A DNA stretch of 64,000 nucleotides, from the NCBI GenBank assembly GCA_934086315.1, contig CAKOHZ010000001.1, forward strand, positions 472,737-536,736, written 5' to 3'. Under the pieces are notes generated by a model, which saw only the letters and a list, made by a program, of their open reading frames with translations, ran no database searches and had not been told where the DNA came from. The position numbers and the translations under genes are program-made. Shown one piece after another: positions 46,558 through 56,282 of this stretch. The stretch's first letter is position 1, and every line of letters starts with the position of its first letter. Source of the DNA: an uncultured Bacilli bacterium (GTDB taxonomy: Bacteria > Bacillota_I > Bacilli_A > RF39 > UBA660).

Positions 46558-48305
46558 AGTTATTTAAAAACTTAGAAAAAAAAGACTGGCTATTTATATT
46601 TATAAGCTGTATATTTATAGTTTTACAAGTATGGTTAGAACTTAAAATACCTGATTATATGAGCAAGATAACAGAACTTGTACAGTTAAATGGAACAATT
46701 AAAGAAATACTAACTGAGGGAGCTTACATGTTAGCATGTGCATTTTTAAGTTTAGCATCTTCAGTAGTTGTAGGTTATATTATTGCAAATCTAGCATCAA
46801 ATTTTTCAAAGAATTTACGCGAAAAATTATTTAACAAAGTTCAAAGCTTTGGAATGGAAGAAATAAAAAAATTCCAAACCAGTAGTCTTATTACAAGAAC
46901 AACAAATGATATAGGTAATGTAGAAATGATGCTTACATTTGGTCTTCAAATGATTATAAAAGCACCAATTACTGCAATTTGGGCAGTTGGAAAAATACTT
47001 GGTAAAAGTTTTGAATGGACTGCAATCACTGGTGGAGCAGTACTAGTACTACTTATAATGGTAATAACGCTTATGACAATAGTATTACCAAGATTCAAAA
47101 TTGTACAAAAATTAATAGATAACATAAATGGACTAACAAGAGAAAACTTAAAAGGTATAAGAGTAGTAAGAGCATTTAATGCAGAAGGATACCAAGAAGA
47201 AAAGTTTGAAAAAGTAAATAAGAAACTTACTAACACACAATTATTTAATCAAAAGATTATGAGTTTAATGTCACCAATGATGTATTTAATAATGAATGGT
47301 GTTTCACTAGGAATATACTTTATGGGAGCATTTCTTATAAGAGATGCATTACTTGCTGATAAAATAACATTATTTAGTAATATGGTTGTATTCAGTAGTT
47401 ACGCAATGCAAGTAATAATGTCTTTCTTAATGTTAGCAATGATATTCATAATGTATCCAAGAGCATCTATTTCAGCAGATAGAATTAATGAGGTATTAAA
47501 CACAAAAGCAAAAATAAAAAGTGGTAAAGAAACTAGAGCATCAGAAGTTGGTACAATAGAATTTAAAAATGTATCGTTTAAATATCCTGATTCAGAAGAA
47601 TATGTACTTAAAGATATATCATTTAAGGCTGGTAAAGGAGAAACAATTGCTATTATTGGTTCGACTGGTAGTGGAAAAAGTACTCTAATAAATTTAATAC
47701 CCAGATTTTATGATGTAACTGAAGGAAAAGTATTAGTTGATGGAATAGATGTTAGAAACTACACACTTGATTCGTTACATGATCGTCTTGGTTACGTACC
47801 ACAAAGAGCAGTAATGTTTAGTGGTTCAGTTAATTATAATGTAGAATATGGTAAGAAAACAAACTATGAAGTTTCAGATAAAAAAATCAAAGAAGCCGTA
47901 AAGGTAGCACAAGCAGAAGAATTCGTAGAAAAGATGCCTAAAAAATATGAAGCTAATATCGCACAAGGCGGAACAAACGTATCAGGTGGTCAAAAACAAA
48001 GATTAAGTATCGCAAGAGCTATCGCAAGAGATCCAGAAATATATATATTTGATGACTCATTTAGTGCACTTGATTATAAAACAGATTATGTTTTAAGAAA
48101 AGAATTGAAGGAATATACAAAAGATGCAACAAGCATAATAGTGGCTCAAAGAATAGGTACTATCAAAAATGCAGATAAAATTATAGTTCTTGATAAAGGT
48201 AAATGTGTAGGAATTGGTACGCATAAAGAATTATTAAAAAATTGTGAAGTATATAAAGAAATAGCTTATTCACAATTATCAAAGGAGGAACTTGAAAATG
48301 AATAA
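46551..48305 (+). CDS. ABC exporter subunit (TMD-NBD fusion; heterodimeric multidrug/peptide exporter type)
   Basis: Six-TM domain, Walker A GSTGSGKST, signature VSGGQKQR, Walker B IFDDS. Overlaps marR and the next ABC gene. Confidence 0.85.
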   Translation: MLKLFKNLEKKDWLFIFISCIFIVLQVWLELKIPDYMSKITELVQLNGTIKEILTEGAYMLACAFLSLASSVVVGYIIANLASNFSKNLREKLFNKVQSFGMEEIKKFQTSSLITRTTNDIGNVEMMLTFGLQMIIKAPITAIWAVGKILGKSFEWTAITGGAVLVLLIMVITLMTIVLPRFKIVQKLIDNINGLTRENLKGIRVVRAFNAEGYQEEKFEKVNKKLTNTQLFNQKIMSLMSPMMYLIMNGVSLGIYFMGAFLIRDALLADKITLFSNMVVFSSYAMQVIMSFLMLAMIFIMYPRASISADRINEVLNTKAKIKSGKETRASEVGTIEFKNVSFKYPDSEEYVLKDISFKAGKGETIAIIGSTGSGKSTLINLIPRFYDVTEGKVLVDGIDVRNYTLDSLHDRLGYVPQRAVMFSGSVNYNVEYGKKTNYEVSDKKIKEAVKVAQAEEFVEKMPKKYEANIAQGGTNVSGGQKQRLSIARAIARDPEIYIFDDSFSALDYKTDYVLRKELKEYTKDATSIIVAQRIGTIKNADKIIVLDKGKCVGIGTHKELLKNCEVYKEIAYSQLSKEELENE

Positions 48306-50469
48306 CGAAAAAGAAAATAAAACTCCAAGAAGAATGCATGGACCAGGAGGAAGAGGCCCAGGTGAAAAACCAAAAGATTTTAAAAAAGCATTATCAAAAT
48401 TAAATAAATATTTAAACCCTTACAAACATTTAATAGTTATCGCAATAGTTTTATCAGCACTAAGTAGTATTTTATCAATAATAGGCCCAAACAAAATAAA
48501 AGATTTAACTAATGAAATACAAGAAGGATTAATAATTAATAAATCAAATATGGAACTACTTGTAAAAGACATACAATCAGATATACAAAATAATATTATG
48601 TTAGATGACAAATCATTAGAAACATTAAATGATGAAGATAAACAAAAATATTATGAAGTACTTAGCGAAATGTATACAAGTGATAACAAAGAAGAATTAA
48701 TTAATGAACTTCCTGAAAGTGCAAAGCTTTTAATATTTAAAGATACGACAATAGATGGGGTAATAATTACTAACAAAGATAAAGTAGAATTTGTAAACAC
48801 TATGTCTAAAGTTGATTTAAATGAACCAACTAAAATATATGGAGAATTAGATAAATTATCAAAAAATATTAATGAATTAATCAAACCAAAAATGGATATA
48901 GACAAAATAAAAAGTATTGCTTTCTTCTTAGTTTGTGTTTATTTGATAAGTGCAATATTTAGTTATTTCGAAAGTGTTCTAATGGTAGATGCATCTAATA
49001 ACTTTGCTAAAAGTTTAAGAACAAAAATATCTAAAAAGATTAATAAGTTACCACTTAAATACTTTGATAAAAATAGTTATGGTGATATATTATCAAGAGT
49101 AACTAACGATGTAGATACTATTAATATGTCTCTTCAAAATAGTTTAAGTACTTTAGTAGGTGCAGTAGCATTATTCATAGGTTCAATTATTATGATGTTT
49201 GTTACTAACTATATAATGGCAATTACTTGTATATTATCATCTTTATTTGGTTTTGCATTCATGGGAATAATACTTGGAAAATCACAAAAATATTTTAATC
49301 AAAGACAAGTAGAACTTGGTAAATTAAATGGTCACATCGAAGAAATATATAGTTCTCATAACGTTGTTAAAGCATATAATGGTGAAAAAGAATCATTAGA
49401 AAAATTCAATGTTCTAAATAAAAAAGTATATGATTGTAATCGAAAGAGTCAATTCTTATCTGGACTTATGCCACCTATGATGGGATTTATTGGTAACTTT
49501 AGTTATGTAGCAGTCTGCATAGTAGGTGCAATTCTTACATTAAAAGGAAATATTACATTTGGTACTATCGTAGCATTTATGATTTATGTAAGATTATTTA
49601 CAAGTCCATTATCTCAAATAGCTCAAAGTATGACACAACTTCAAACAGCAAGTGCAGCATCAGAAAGAGTATTTGAATTCATTGAAGAACCTGAAATGAC
49701 TGACGAATCTAATCTAAATGGAATTCTAGATCCTAAAAAAGTAGAAGGAAATATAGAATTTGAACATGTTAAATTCGGTTATGACAAAGATAAAATAATC
49801 ATAAAAGACTTTAATTGTAATGTTACAAAAGGACAAAAAGTAGCAATAGTAGGTCCAACAGGTGCAGGAAAAACAACTATAGTAAACCTACTTATGAAAT
49901 TCTACGAAATAAATAGTGGAAACATTAAAATAGATGGAATAAGTACTAAAAATTTAACAAGAGAAAACATTCACGATTTATTTATAATGGTTTTACAAGA
50001 TACTTGGCTATTTGATGGAACTATTAGAGATAATATTAAGTTTAATAAAAGTGATGTAAGTGATAAAGAAATATGGAAAGCTCTAGAAGTAGTTGGAGTA
50101 GATCACTTTGTAAAATCTCTTCCTAAAACACTAGACTATAAAATGGAAGATAATGAATCCATTTCAGCAGGGCAAAAACAATTACTTACTATAGCTCGTG
50201 GTATGATAAAAGATGCTCCATTCTTAATACTAGATGAAGCAACATCTTCAGTAGATACCAGAACAGAAGAACTAGTTCAAAAAGCAATGGACAAACTAAC
50301 TGAAGGAAGAACATCATTCATAATCGCGCACAGACTTTCAACAATTAAAAATGCTGATATTATACTTGTTATGAAAGATGGTAATATTATAGAAACTGGT
50401 TCACATGATGAATTAATGAAGAAAAATGGTTTCTATGCTGAACTTTACAATTCACAATTTCAAAACTAA
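48292..50469 (+). CDS. ABC exporter subunit (partner of the preceding; ~130-aa insertion in the first extracytoplasmic loop)
   Basis: Walker A GPTGAGKTT, signature ISAGQKQL, Walker B ILDEA. 725 aa against the usual ~590, with the extra segment between TM1 and TM2. Confidence 0.85.
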   Translation: MKMNNEKENKTPRRMHGPGGRGPGEKPKDFKKALSKLNKYLNPYKHLIVIAIVLSALSSILSIIGPNKIKDLTNEIQEGLIINKSNMELLVKDIQSDIQNNIMLDDKSLETLNDEDKQKYYEVLSEMYTSDNKEELINELPESAKLLIFKDTTIDGVIITNKDKVEFVNTMSKVDLNEPTKIYGELDKLSKNINELIKPKMDIDKIKSIAFFLVCVYLISAIFSYFESVLMVDASNNFAKSLRTKISKKINKLPLKYFDKNSYGDILSRVTNDVDTINMSLQNSLSTLVGAVALFIGSIIMMFVTNYIMAITCILSSLFGFAFMGIILGKSQKYFNQRQVELGKLNGHIEEIYSSHNVVKAYNGEKESLEKFNVLNKKVYDCNRKSQFLSGLMPPMMGFIGNFSYVAVCIVGAILTLKGNITFGTIVAFMIYVRLFTSPLSQIAQSMTQLQTASAASERVFEFIEEPEMTDESNLNGILDPKKVEGNIEFEHVKFGYDKDKIIIKDFNCNVTKGQKVAIVGPTGAGKTTIVNLLMKFYEINSGNIKIDGISTKNLTRENIHDLFIMVLQDTWLFDGTIRDNIKFNKSDVSDKEIWKALEVVGVDHFVKSLPKTLDYKMEDNESISAGQKQLLTIARGMIKDAPFLILDEATSSVDTRTEELVQKAMDKLTEGRTSFIIAHRLSTIKNADIILVMKDGNIIETGSHDELMKKNGFYAELYNSQFQN

Positions 50470-50482
50470 TCAAGGCTAGTCC

Positions 50483-50761
50483 TTGATTTTTACTTATAAA
50501 AAATTACTTCATATCATAAAATTAACTATGATAAAAGAATTTATAAAAGATAATAAATATAAAATATTAATAGAAGAAAATACTATATGTATAAGAAACT
50601 ATATAAGAATAGATGATATAACATCAATAAATATAAAAATTAAATTTAATAATATGAAACTACTAATAAAAGGAAAAAATTTAATAATAAATAAACTAGA
50701 TAGCTGTGATTTAAGAATAATTGGAGACATCAAAGGAATAGAATTTATTAATGAACAATAA
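50483..50761 (+). CDS. yqfC: Sporulation protein YqfC (YabP family)
   Basis: ILIEENTICIRNY...LLIKGKNLIINKL...IIGDIKGIEFI matches the YabP/YqfC pattern. Conserved position before yqfD. Confidence 0.6.
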   Translation: MIFTYKKLLHIIKLTMIKEFIKDNKYKILIEENTICIRNYIRIDDITSINIKIKFNNMKLLIKGKNLIINKLDSCDLRIIGDIKGIEFINEQ

Positions 50762-51911
50762 TAAAGTTAAAATAATTGTATATGAAAATAGTAATAAATT
50801 TATAAGTTATTTAGTTTATCATTCTATATATTATGAAGATTTAACTTTAAATGATAATTACACTCTAATAGTAGACTACGAAGATTATAAAACAATAAGT
50901 AGAAGATACAAAACTAAGATAATAAAATATTATGGTAAAAGATTTATTACTAATTATATAAAGTCTAATAAATATATGTTGATATCATTATTTATTTCTT
51001 TTTTAGTGTTAAAATTACTTACTAGTACTATATTTGATATAACTATAAATACTAATGATGAAAAACTTTATAATTTAATTAATGAAAGTTTAAAAGAAAA
51101 TGATATAGCTCTATATAAGAAGAAAAAGTCATTTAATGAATTAAATAAAATAAAGAATAAAATTTTAAAAGATAACGAAGAAGATTTAGAATGGATAGAA
51201 ATTAATGAAAAGGGTTGTTCTTATAATATTGAAGTTACTAAAAGAGTAAAGAATAAAGACAATAAGAGTGATAATACTCCTAAAGATATTATTGCATCTA
51301 AAGATGGACTTATTAAATATATTGCATCTACTTCAGGCGTTAAATTAAAAGATGTAAATGATTATGTTAAAAAAGGAGAAGTATTAATAACAGGTAACAT
51401 AATTAAAGGAGAAGATACTCTTATAACACAAGTAGAAGCAAAAGGAGAGGTGTATGCTGAAGTATGGTATACAGTAAATATAACAATACCATTTAATTAT
51501 GTAGAATACGTTGAAACTGGTAAAACAATAAATCACTATTATTTAGATATATTTAATAAGAAATTTACACTAACTGGAAAATATGACAGTAATAATACAA
51601 TGAATACCAAAGAATTAGTTTTAGATAAACCATATCTGTTCTTTAAATTATATAAAGAAACAAAGAAAGAATATAAGTATAAAGAATTCAAAATCGATGA
51701 AAATATTGCATATGAAGAAGCACTTAAAAGAAGCGAAAATAAAATAAAAAATAAACTTAAAGATAATGAGTATATTATTTCTAAAAAAGTTTTGAAAAAA
51801 GAGGTATTTCGTAGTAAAATGAATATGGAAGTATTTTTCAAGGTTTATGAGAATATAGGGGTTACTTCTAATATTGTAGAAAAGGATGATTTAAATGGAG
51901 TCAGCAGTTAG
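50751..51911 (+). CDS. yqfD: Sporulation protein YqfD (stage IV-type)
   Basis: 386 aa with a single internal TM helix near residue 80, overlapping yqfC. Position is conserved upstream of the ybeY-era-recO cluster. Confidence 0.55.
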   Translation: MNNNKVKIIVYENSNKFISYLVYHSIYYEDLTLNDNYTLIVDYEDYKTISRRYKTKIIKYYGKRFITNYIKSNKYMLISLFISFLVLKLLTSTIFDITINTNDEKLYNLINESLKENDIALYKKKKSFNELNKIKNKILKDNEEDLEWIEINEKGCSYNIEVTKRVKNKDNKSDNTPKDIIASKDGLIKYIASTSGVKLKDVNDYVKKGEVLITGNIIKGEDTLITQVEAKGEVYAEVWYTVNITIPFNYVEYVETGKTINHYYLDIFNKKFTLTGKYDSNNTMNTKELVLDKPYLFFKLYKETKKEYKYKEFKIDENIAYEEALKRSENKIKNKLKDNEYIISKKVLKKEVFRSKMNMEVFFKVYENIGVTSNIVEKDDLNGVSS

Positions 51912-52494
51912 AAGTGTAATTAAAATGTCTTGGCCAACACTAGTAATAGTAATGACTATTGTTGTGATATTAAGAGTAACTTATATAATGACTAGTGATA
52001 AAAGAAAATTTTGTCTATATGAAGAAATATTTGAATTATTATTTCTTGCATATTTGGTTTTATTGTTCCAATTAGTTACAAGTCAAGATTTACCTGGAGG
52101 TGGCGTAAACTTAATGCCATTTAGAGAAATACTTAGGTATGAGGTAGGTAGTAGAGCTTTTTATAAACAAGTATTTGGTAATATATTATTATTTATACCA
52201 CTTGGATACTTTGCGACAAGCTACTGTAAAATAAAAGGTCTTGGAACAATTACATTAGTTTCACTATTATCAAGTTTAACAATTGAAGTAACACAACATT
52301 ATATAGGAAGAGTATTTGACATAGATGATATAATATTAAATGTTGTAGGTGGAATTGTAGGTTTCTTACTTTATACAGCACTTAATGCTATTAGAAATCA
52401 CATGCCAAAATTCTTACAAAGAGATTGGTTCTATAATTTACTAAGTATACTAGTATTAGTTGCTTTAGGATTTTATGTATATAAAATTATTTAG
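51895..52494 (+). CDS. VanZ-family membrane protein
   Basis: NILLFIPLGYF and ILNVVGGIVGF motifs typical of VanZ-like proteins. Confidence 0.65.
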   Translation: MESAVRSVIKMSWPTLVIVMTIVVILRVTYIMTSDKRKFCLYEEIFELLFLAYLVLLFQLVTSQDLPGGGVNLMPFREILRYEVGSRAFYKQVFGNILLFIPLGYFATSYCKIKGLGTITLVSLLSSLTIEVTQHYIGRVFDIDDIILNVVGGIVGFLLYTALNAIRNHMPKFLQRDWFYNLLSILVLVALGFYVYKII

Positions 52495-52503
52495 GAGGTT
52501 TAT

Positions 52504-52947
52504 GTGGAAGATTATATAATAAATACAACAGATCATGAAGACATTGATTTTAATGAATTAGATAGAGTAATTAAATTTGCTTGCAAACATCTAAAAGTTA
52601 ATAATCCAATGTTAAATATAGTAATAGTAGACAAAGAAAGAATACAAGAAATAAATAGAGAGTATAGAAATAAGGATGCAGTTACGGATGTTATATCATT
52701 CGCATTTGAAGAAGTAGATGATGTAGAATATGATAATATTAGATTCTTAGGTGAAATATATATTTGCTATGATAGATGTGTAGAACAAGCTAGTGAATAT
52801 GGACATAGTATAAAAAGAGAATTTTGTTATTTAGCAGTACATGGATTATTACATCTACTTGGATACGATCACATGACAGAAGAAGATAAAAAAGTTATGA
52901 GAGCTGAAGAGGAGAATATATTAAATGAATATGATATCACGAGATGA
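52504..52947 (+). CDS. ybeY: Endoribonuclease YbeY (rRNA maturation)
   Basis: HGLLHLLGYDH zinc motif. GTG start 7 nt after AGGAGG. Confidence 0.85.
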   Translation: MEDYIINTTDHEDIDFNELDRVIKFACKHLKVNNPMLNIVIVDKERIQEINREYRNKDAVTDVISFAFEEVDDVEYDNIRFLGEIYICYDRCVEQASEYGHSIKREFCYLAVHGLLHLLGYDHMTEEDKKVMRAEEENILNEYDITR

Positions 52948-53323
52948 GAGAAAGCGTCAAAAAGGAATTAAAAAATTTCTTTTAAGCTTTACTTATCCAA
53001 TTAAAGGACTTAGATATGCCTATAGAAATGAACAAAATCTAGCGGTAGATGTAGGAGTAGCACTTCTAGTAACAGCAGCTGGATTTATATTTAAACTTAA
53101 TTTAGTAGAGTGGGCAATATTAGCATTAACAATAGGTTTAGTTATATCATGTGAACTAATTAATACTGCGATAGAAGCAGTAGTAGATCTAGTTACAGAA
53201 GACTACCATCCATTAGCAAAAGTAGCAAAAGATACTGCAGCAGCAGCTGTATTCGTATTTGCAATCGTAGCTGTTATAGTAGGATTAATAATATTCTTAC
53301 CAAAAGTAATAGCCTTATTTTAA
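52925..53323 (+). CDS. dgkA: Diacylglycerol/undecaprenol kinase
   Basis: 132 aa, three TM helices, the NTA-like CELINTAIEAV motif. Confidence 0.75.
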   Translation: MNMISRDERKRQKGIKKFLLSFTYPIKGLRYAYRNEQNLAVDVGVALLVTAAGFIFKLNLVEWAILALTIGLVISCELINTAIEAVVDLVTEDYHPLAKVAKDTAAAAVFVFAIVAVIVGLIIFLPKVIALF

Positions 53324-53335
53324 TAAAGGAGTAAT

Positions 53336-53716
53336 ATGAGAGAAAAATTAGAAAAATTATTAGAAAATAGTTATGCGCCATATTCAAATATGCACTTTGC
53401 ATGCATAGTAGAAACAAAAGAAGGAAACTTCTATGAAGGCGTTAATATAGAAAATGCATCATACGGAGGAACAATATGTGCAGAGAGAAATGCAATAAAT
53501 AATGCAGTAACTCACGGAGAAAGAAACTTTAAAGCACTATACTTAATGACAAGCAGTGATGAGATTTGCTATCCATGTAATATATGTAAACAAACATTTT
53601 TAGAATTCTTTGATAAAGACGTTATATTTAATATAATGACTAAGAGTGGAAAAATGGAAGTAATGACATTCGAAAAAGTAATGAATACTACATTTACTAA
53701 GGAGGACTTAGTATGA
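53336..53716 (+). CDS. cdd: Cytidine deaminase
   Basis: CAERNAI and PCNICKQ zinc-binding motifs, 126 aa. Confidence 0.8.
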   Translation: MREKLEKLLENSYAPYSNMHFACIVETKEGNFYEGVNIENASYGGTICAERNAINNAVTHGERNFKALYLMTSSDEICYPCNICKQTFLEFFDKDVIFNIMTKSGKMEVMTFEKVMNTTFTKEDLV

Positions 53717-54600
53717 AAAGTGGTTTTGTAAGCATAATAGGTAGACCAAACACTGGAAAAAGTACATTACTAAATCAAATCATAAAAGAAAAAGTTGCTA
53801 TTATTTCACCAAAACCACAAACAACTAGAAACTTAATCGAAGGAATTTATAATGAACCAGATACACAAATAGTATTTGTAGATACACCTGGAATTCATAA
53901 ACCAATAGATAAACTTGGTAATGCATTAAATAGCCAAGCATATTACTCAATAAATGATGTTGATATTCTTTTATTAGTAGTTGATGCTAGTACAAATAAG
54001 GGAAAAGGCGATGAATTTATAATAAGTAAACTTCAAAATGTTAATAAACCAGTGTTCCTTATTTTAAACAAAATAGATAAATTAAGTGATAATGATATAT
54101 TATTAAAAATAAATGAATATAAAGATTTATATGAGTTTGCAGAAATAATACCAGTATCAGCACTTAACAATGATAATGTTGATAGATTAATAAAAGTATT
54201 AAAAGAGTACTTACCAGATAATGTTAAATACTTTCCAGGAAATGAAACGACAACAGCAGAAATGGATTTTAGATTATCAGAAATAGTACGTGAAAAAATA
54301 TTTATTCATACTAATGAAGAAGTACCACATTCAATATCTTGTAAGTTATCAGGATATGAAGAAAAAAATAATATAGCGTACATCTACATAGATATAATTG
54401 TTGATAGAGATTCACTTCGTAAAATAATCGTAGGTGCTAATGGTAATATGATTAAAACAATAGGCCATGAAGCAAGACTTGATATGGAAAAAATATTAGG
54501 TAAAAAAGTGTACTTAGAATTATATTGTAAAACAATTAAAAAATGGAGAGAAAAAGATAAATATATAAAAGATTTAGGATATTTATTAAAAGATGAATAA
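53713..54600 (+). CDS. era: GTPase Era
   Basis: GRPNTGKSTLLN, DTPG, NKID, and KH domain C-terminus. Confidence 0.9.
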   Translation: MKSGFVSIIGRPNTGKSTLLNQIIKEKVAIISPKPQTTRNLIEGIYNEPDTQIVFVDTPGIHKPIDKLGNALNSQAYYSINDVDILLLVVDASTNKGKGDEFIISKLQNVNKPVFLILNKIDKLSDNDILLKINEYKDLYEFAEIIPVSALNNDNVDRLIKVLKEYLPDNVKYFPGNETTTAEMDFRLSEIVREKIFIHTNEEVPHSISCKLSGYEEKNNIAYIYIDIIVDRDSLRKIIVGANGNMIKTIGHEARLDMEKILGKKVYLELYCKTIKKWREKDKYIKDLGYLLKDE

Positions 54601-54646
54601 ATAATTTGTTTTTCCTGCAATATAATATTGTAAGGAGAGAAAACAA

Positions 54647-54727
54647 ATGACAAAAAAAGAAGCTTGGAAAAAATTTAAAGAAACAGGTAAGATAGAATAT
54701 TATTTAGAATATAAGAAAGGAAATTAG
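54647..54727 (+). CDS. yqzL: YqzL-like small protein (26 aa)
   Basis: Not in the ORF track. Strong SD aaggagag 7 nt upstream. MTKKEAWKKFKETGKIEYYLEYKKGN resembles the YqzL family (W.F..TG.IE.YL) at its conserved era-recO position. Confidence 0.55.
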   Translation: MTKKEAWKKFKETGKIEYYLEYKKGN

Positions 54728-54761
54728 CATAAAGGTATAATCTTTATGCTTTTATGAAGGT

Positions 54762-55487
54762 ATGAAGATTATAAGCGTAAAAGGAATCGTAGTAAGCACT
54801 ACACCATTCAAAGAAACAAGTAAGATCATAAACATTTTCACAGAAAATATGGGCATAATCGGATGTGTTTCAAAAGGGTGTAAAAGTCTAAAAAGTAAGT
54901 TAAGACTACCAAGTGAAAAATTTGCTTATGGAACTTTTCATCTTTATTATAATGAAAAAGGCCTTTCTACACTTATAGAAGGAGATATAGAAAACTACTT
55001 TCTAAATATTAAAAGTGATATTTTAAAAATAAGCTATTTATCTTATATTTGTGAACTTGCAGTACACGTTTATAAAGAATCTGAAAACAATGAAGTATAT
55101 AAATTAATGGAAGATGCAATTCTTAAAATAGAAGAAAATCATAATCCTATGATAATAACAAATATACTTGAACTACAATATTTAAACTATATTGGTATTA
55201 ACTTAAATCTTGATGAATGTGTTAAATGTGGCAACTCTAAAGTTGTGACTTTGTCTATGGCAAGAGGTGGATATGTATGTTCAAAATGTAGAGAAAACGA
55301 GCCTATCGTAGATGAAAAAGTATTAAAACTTTTAAGACTTTATTACTACGTAGATATTTCTAAAATAACAAATCTTGATATAGATGAAACAACTTCTAAA
55401 ACAATAAATCATATACTTTGCGAATATTATGATGAGTATTCAGGAGTAAGACTAAAGAGTAAAAAATTCTTACGTGAATTAGAATAG
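54762..55487 (+). CDS. recO: DNA repair protein RecO
   Basis: N-terminal OB fold and C-terminal zinc motif CVKCGN...CSKC. Confidence 0.8.
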   Translation: MKIISVKGIVVSTTPFKETSKIINIFTENMGIIGCVSKGCKSLKSKLRLPSEKFAYGTFHLYYNEKGLSTLIEGDIENYFLNIKSDILKISYLSYICELAVHVYKESENNEVYKLMEDAILKIEENHNPMIITNILELQYLNYIGINLNLDECVKCGNSKVVTLSMARGGYVCSKCRENEPIVDEKVLKLLRLYYYVDISKITNLDIDETTSKTINHILCEYYDEYSGVRLKSKKFLRELE

Positions 55488-55556
55488 CAAATGCTATTCT
55501 TTTTAATTTACATAAATATAAAAATAATATATAATTAAAACATAGTAGAGGTAATT

Positions 55557-56147
55557 ATGAATGAGTTTGAAAGAAAAGTAGAAGAGTTAAAAGAAGTCTA
55601 TGCTAAAAAACCAGATGAAACAATAAATGGTATTAATGATCTAGTTTTTAATTTAAAATTTAAAAGTGATAGCCCATTTGTCAAAGAAATACCAAAATCA
55701 CTTATAACTGGAGTTTATATACTAATTGTATTATTATTAGGCCTAGCAAATTTAAAAGATGGAGCAGAAAATATGGGAGCTTACTATGGAGGGGCAGCAT
55801 TCTTTTTAGCAGGGTTATTCGTCGAATTAAATGCTGGAGGAATGGGTATTATATTTTTATTTTCTCATGGATGCACAGGCTTGGCTTTGATGACTGTGCC
55901 AAAAGTGATCAGCATATTAAATAGCCCAATTTTAACTGATGGCGCAAACAATATAAAAATATTGTTGATATTATCACTGGCACTTATCGTAGTAGGACTT
56001 ATTCTTGCAATGCTATATGGTTCTAGTGGACAATTTAAAAGAAAAAAATATAGTTTAATCATAACTTTATCATTTTTTTTAATAGCTATAGCTATTATTC
56101 AATTTCTTCCAATTATATATAATATACCAATTGATTCAGTATTCTAA
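55557..56147 (+). CDS. Polytopic membrane protein, unknown function
   Basis: 196 aa, 5-6 TM segments, Gly-rich. Confidence 0.5.
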   Translation: MNEFERKVEELKEVYAKKPDETINGINDLVFNLKFKSDSPFVKEIPKSLITGVYILIVLLLGLANLKDGAENMGAYYGGAAFFLAGLFVELNAGGMGIIFLFSHGCTGLALMTVPKVISILNSPILTDGANNIKILLILSLALIVVGLILAMLYGSSGQFKRKKYSLIITLSFFLIAIAIIQFLPIIYNIPIDSVF

Positions 56148-56170
56148 AAGAGTTAAAAACTCTTTTTTAT
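56148..56170 (+). terminator. Terminator
   Basis: aagagtt-aaa-aactctt + ttttatt. Confidence 0.6.
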
Positions 56171-56210
56171 TATTACACAAAAATTTCAAAAAAATATTAG
56201 CACTTTGGTA

Positions 56211-56269
56211 TTGACTTTGCTAAAAATGCATACTATAATATTACTAGCACTAAAAGGAAAAGAGTGCTA
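56211..56269 (+). promoter_or_regulatory. hrcA-grpE-dnaK promoter TTGACT-17-TATAAT with a CIRCE operator (TAGCACT-N9/10-GAGTGCTA)
   Basis: ttgact at 56211, tataat at 56234, then tagcactaaaaggaaaagagtgcta at 56245-56269. An extra half-site ttagcact sits at 56197. Confidence 0.8.
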
Positions 56270-56282
56270 AAGGAGGTATAAT

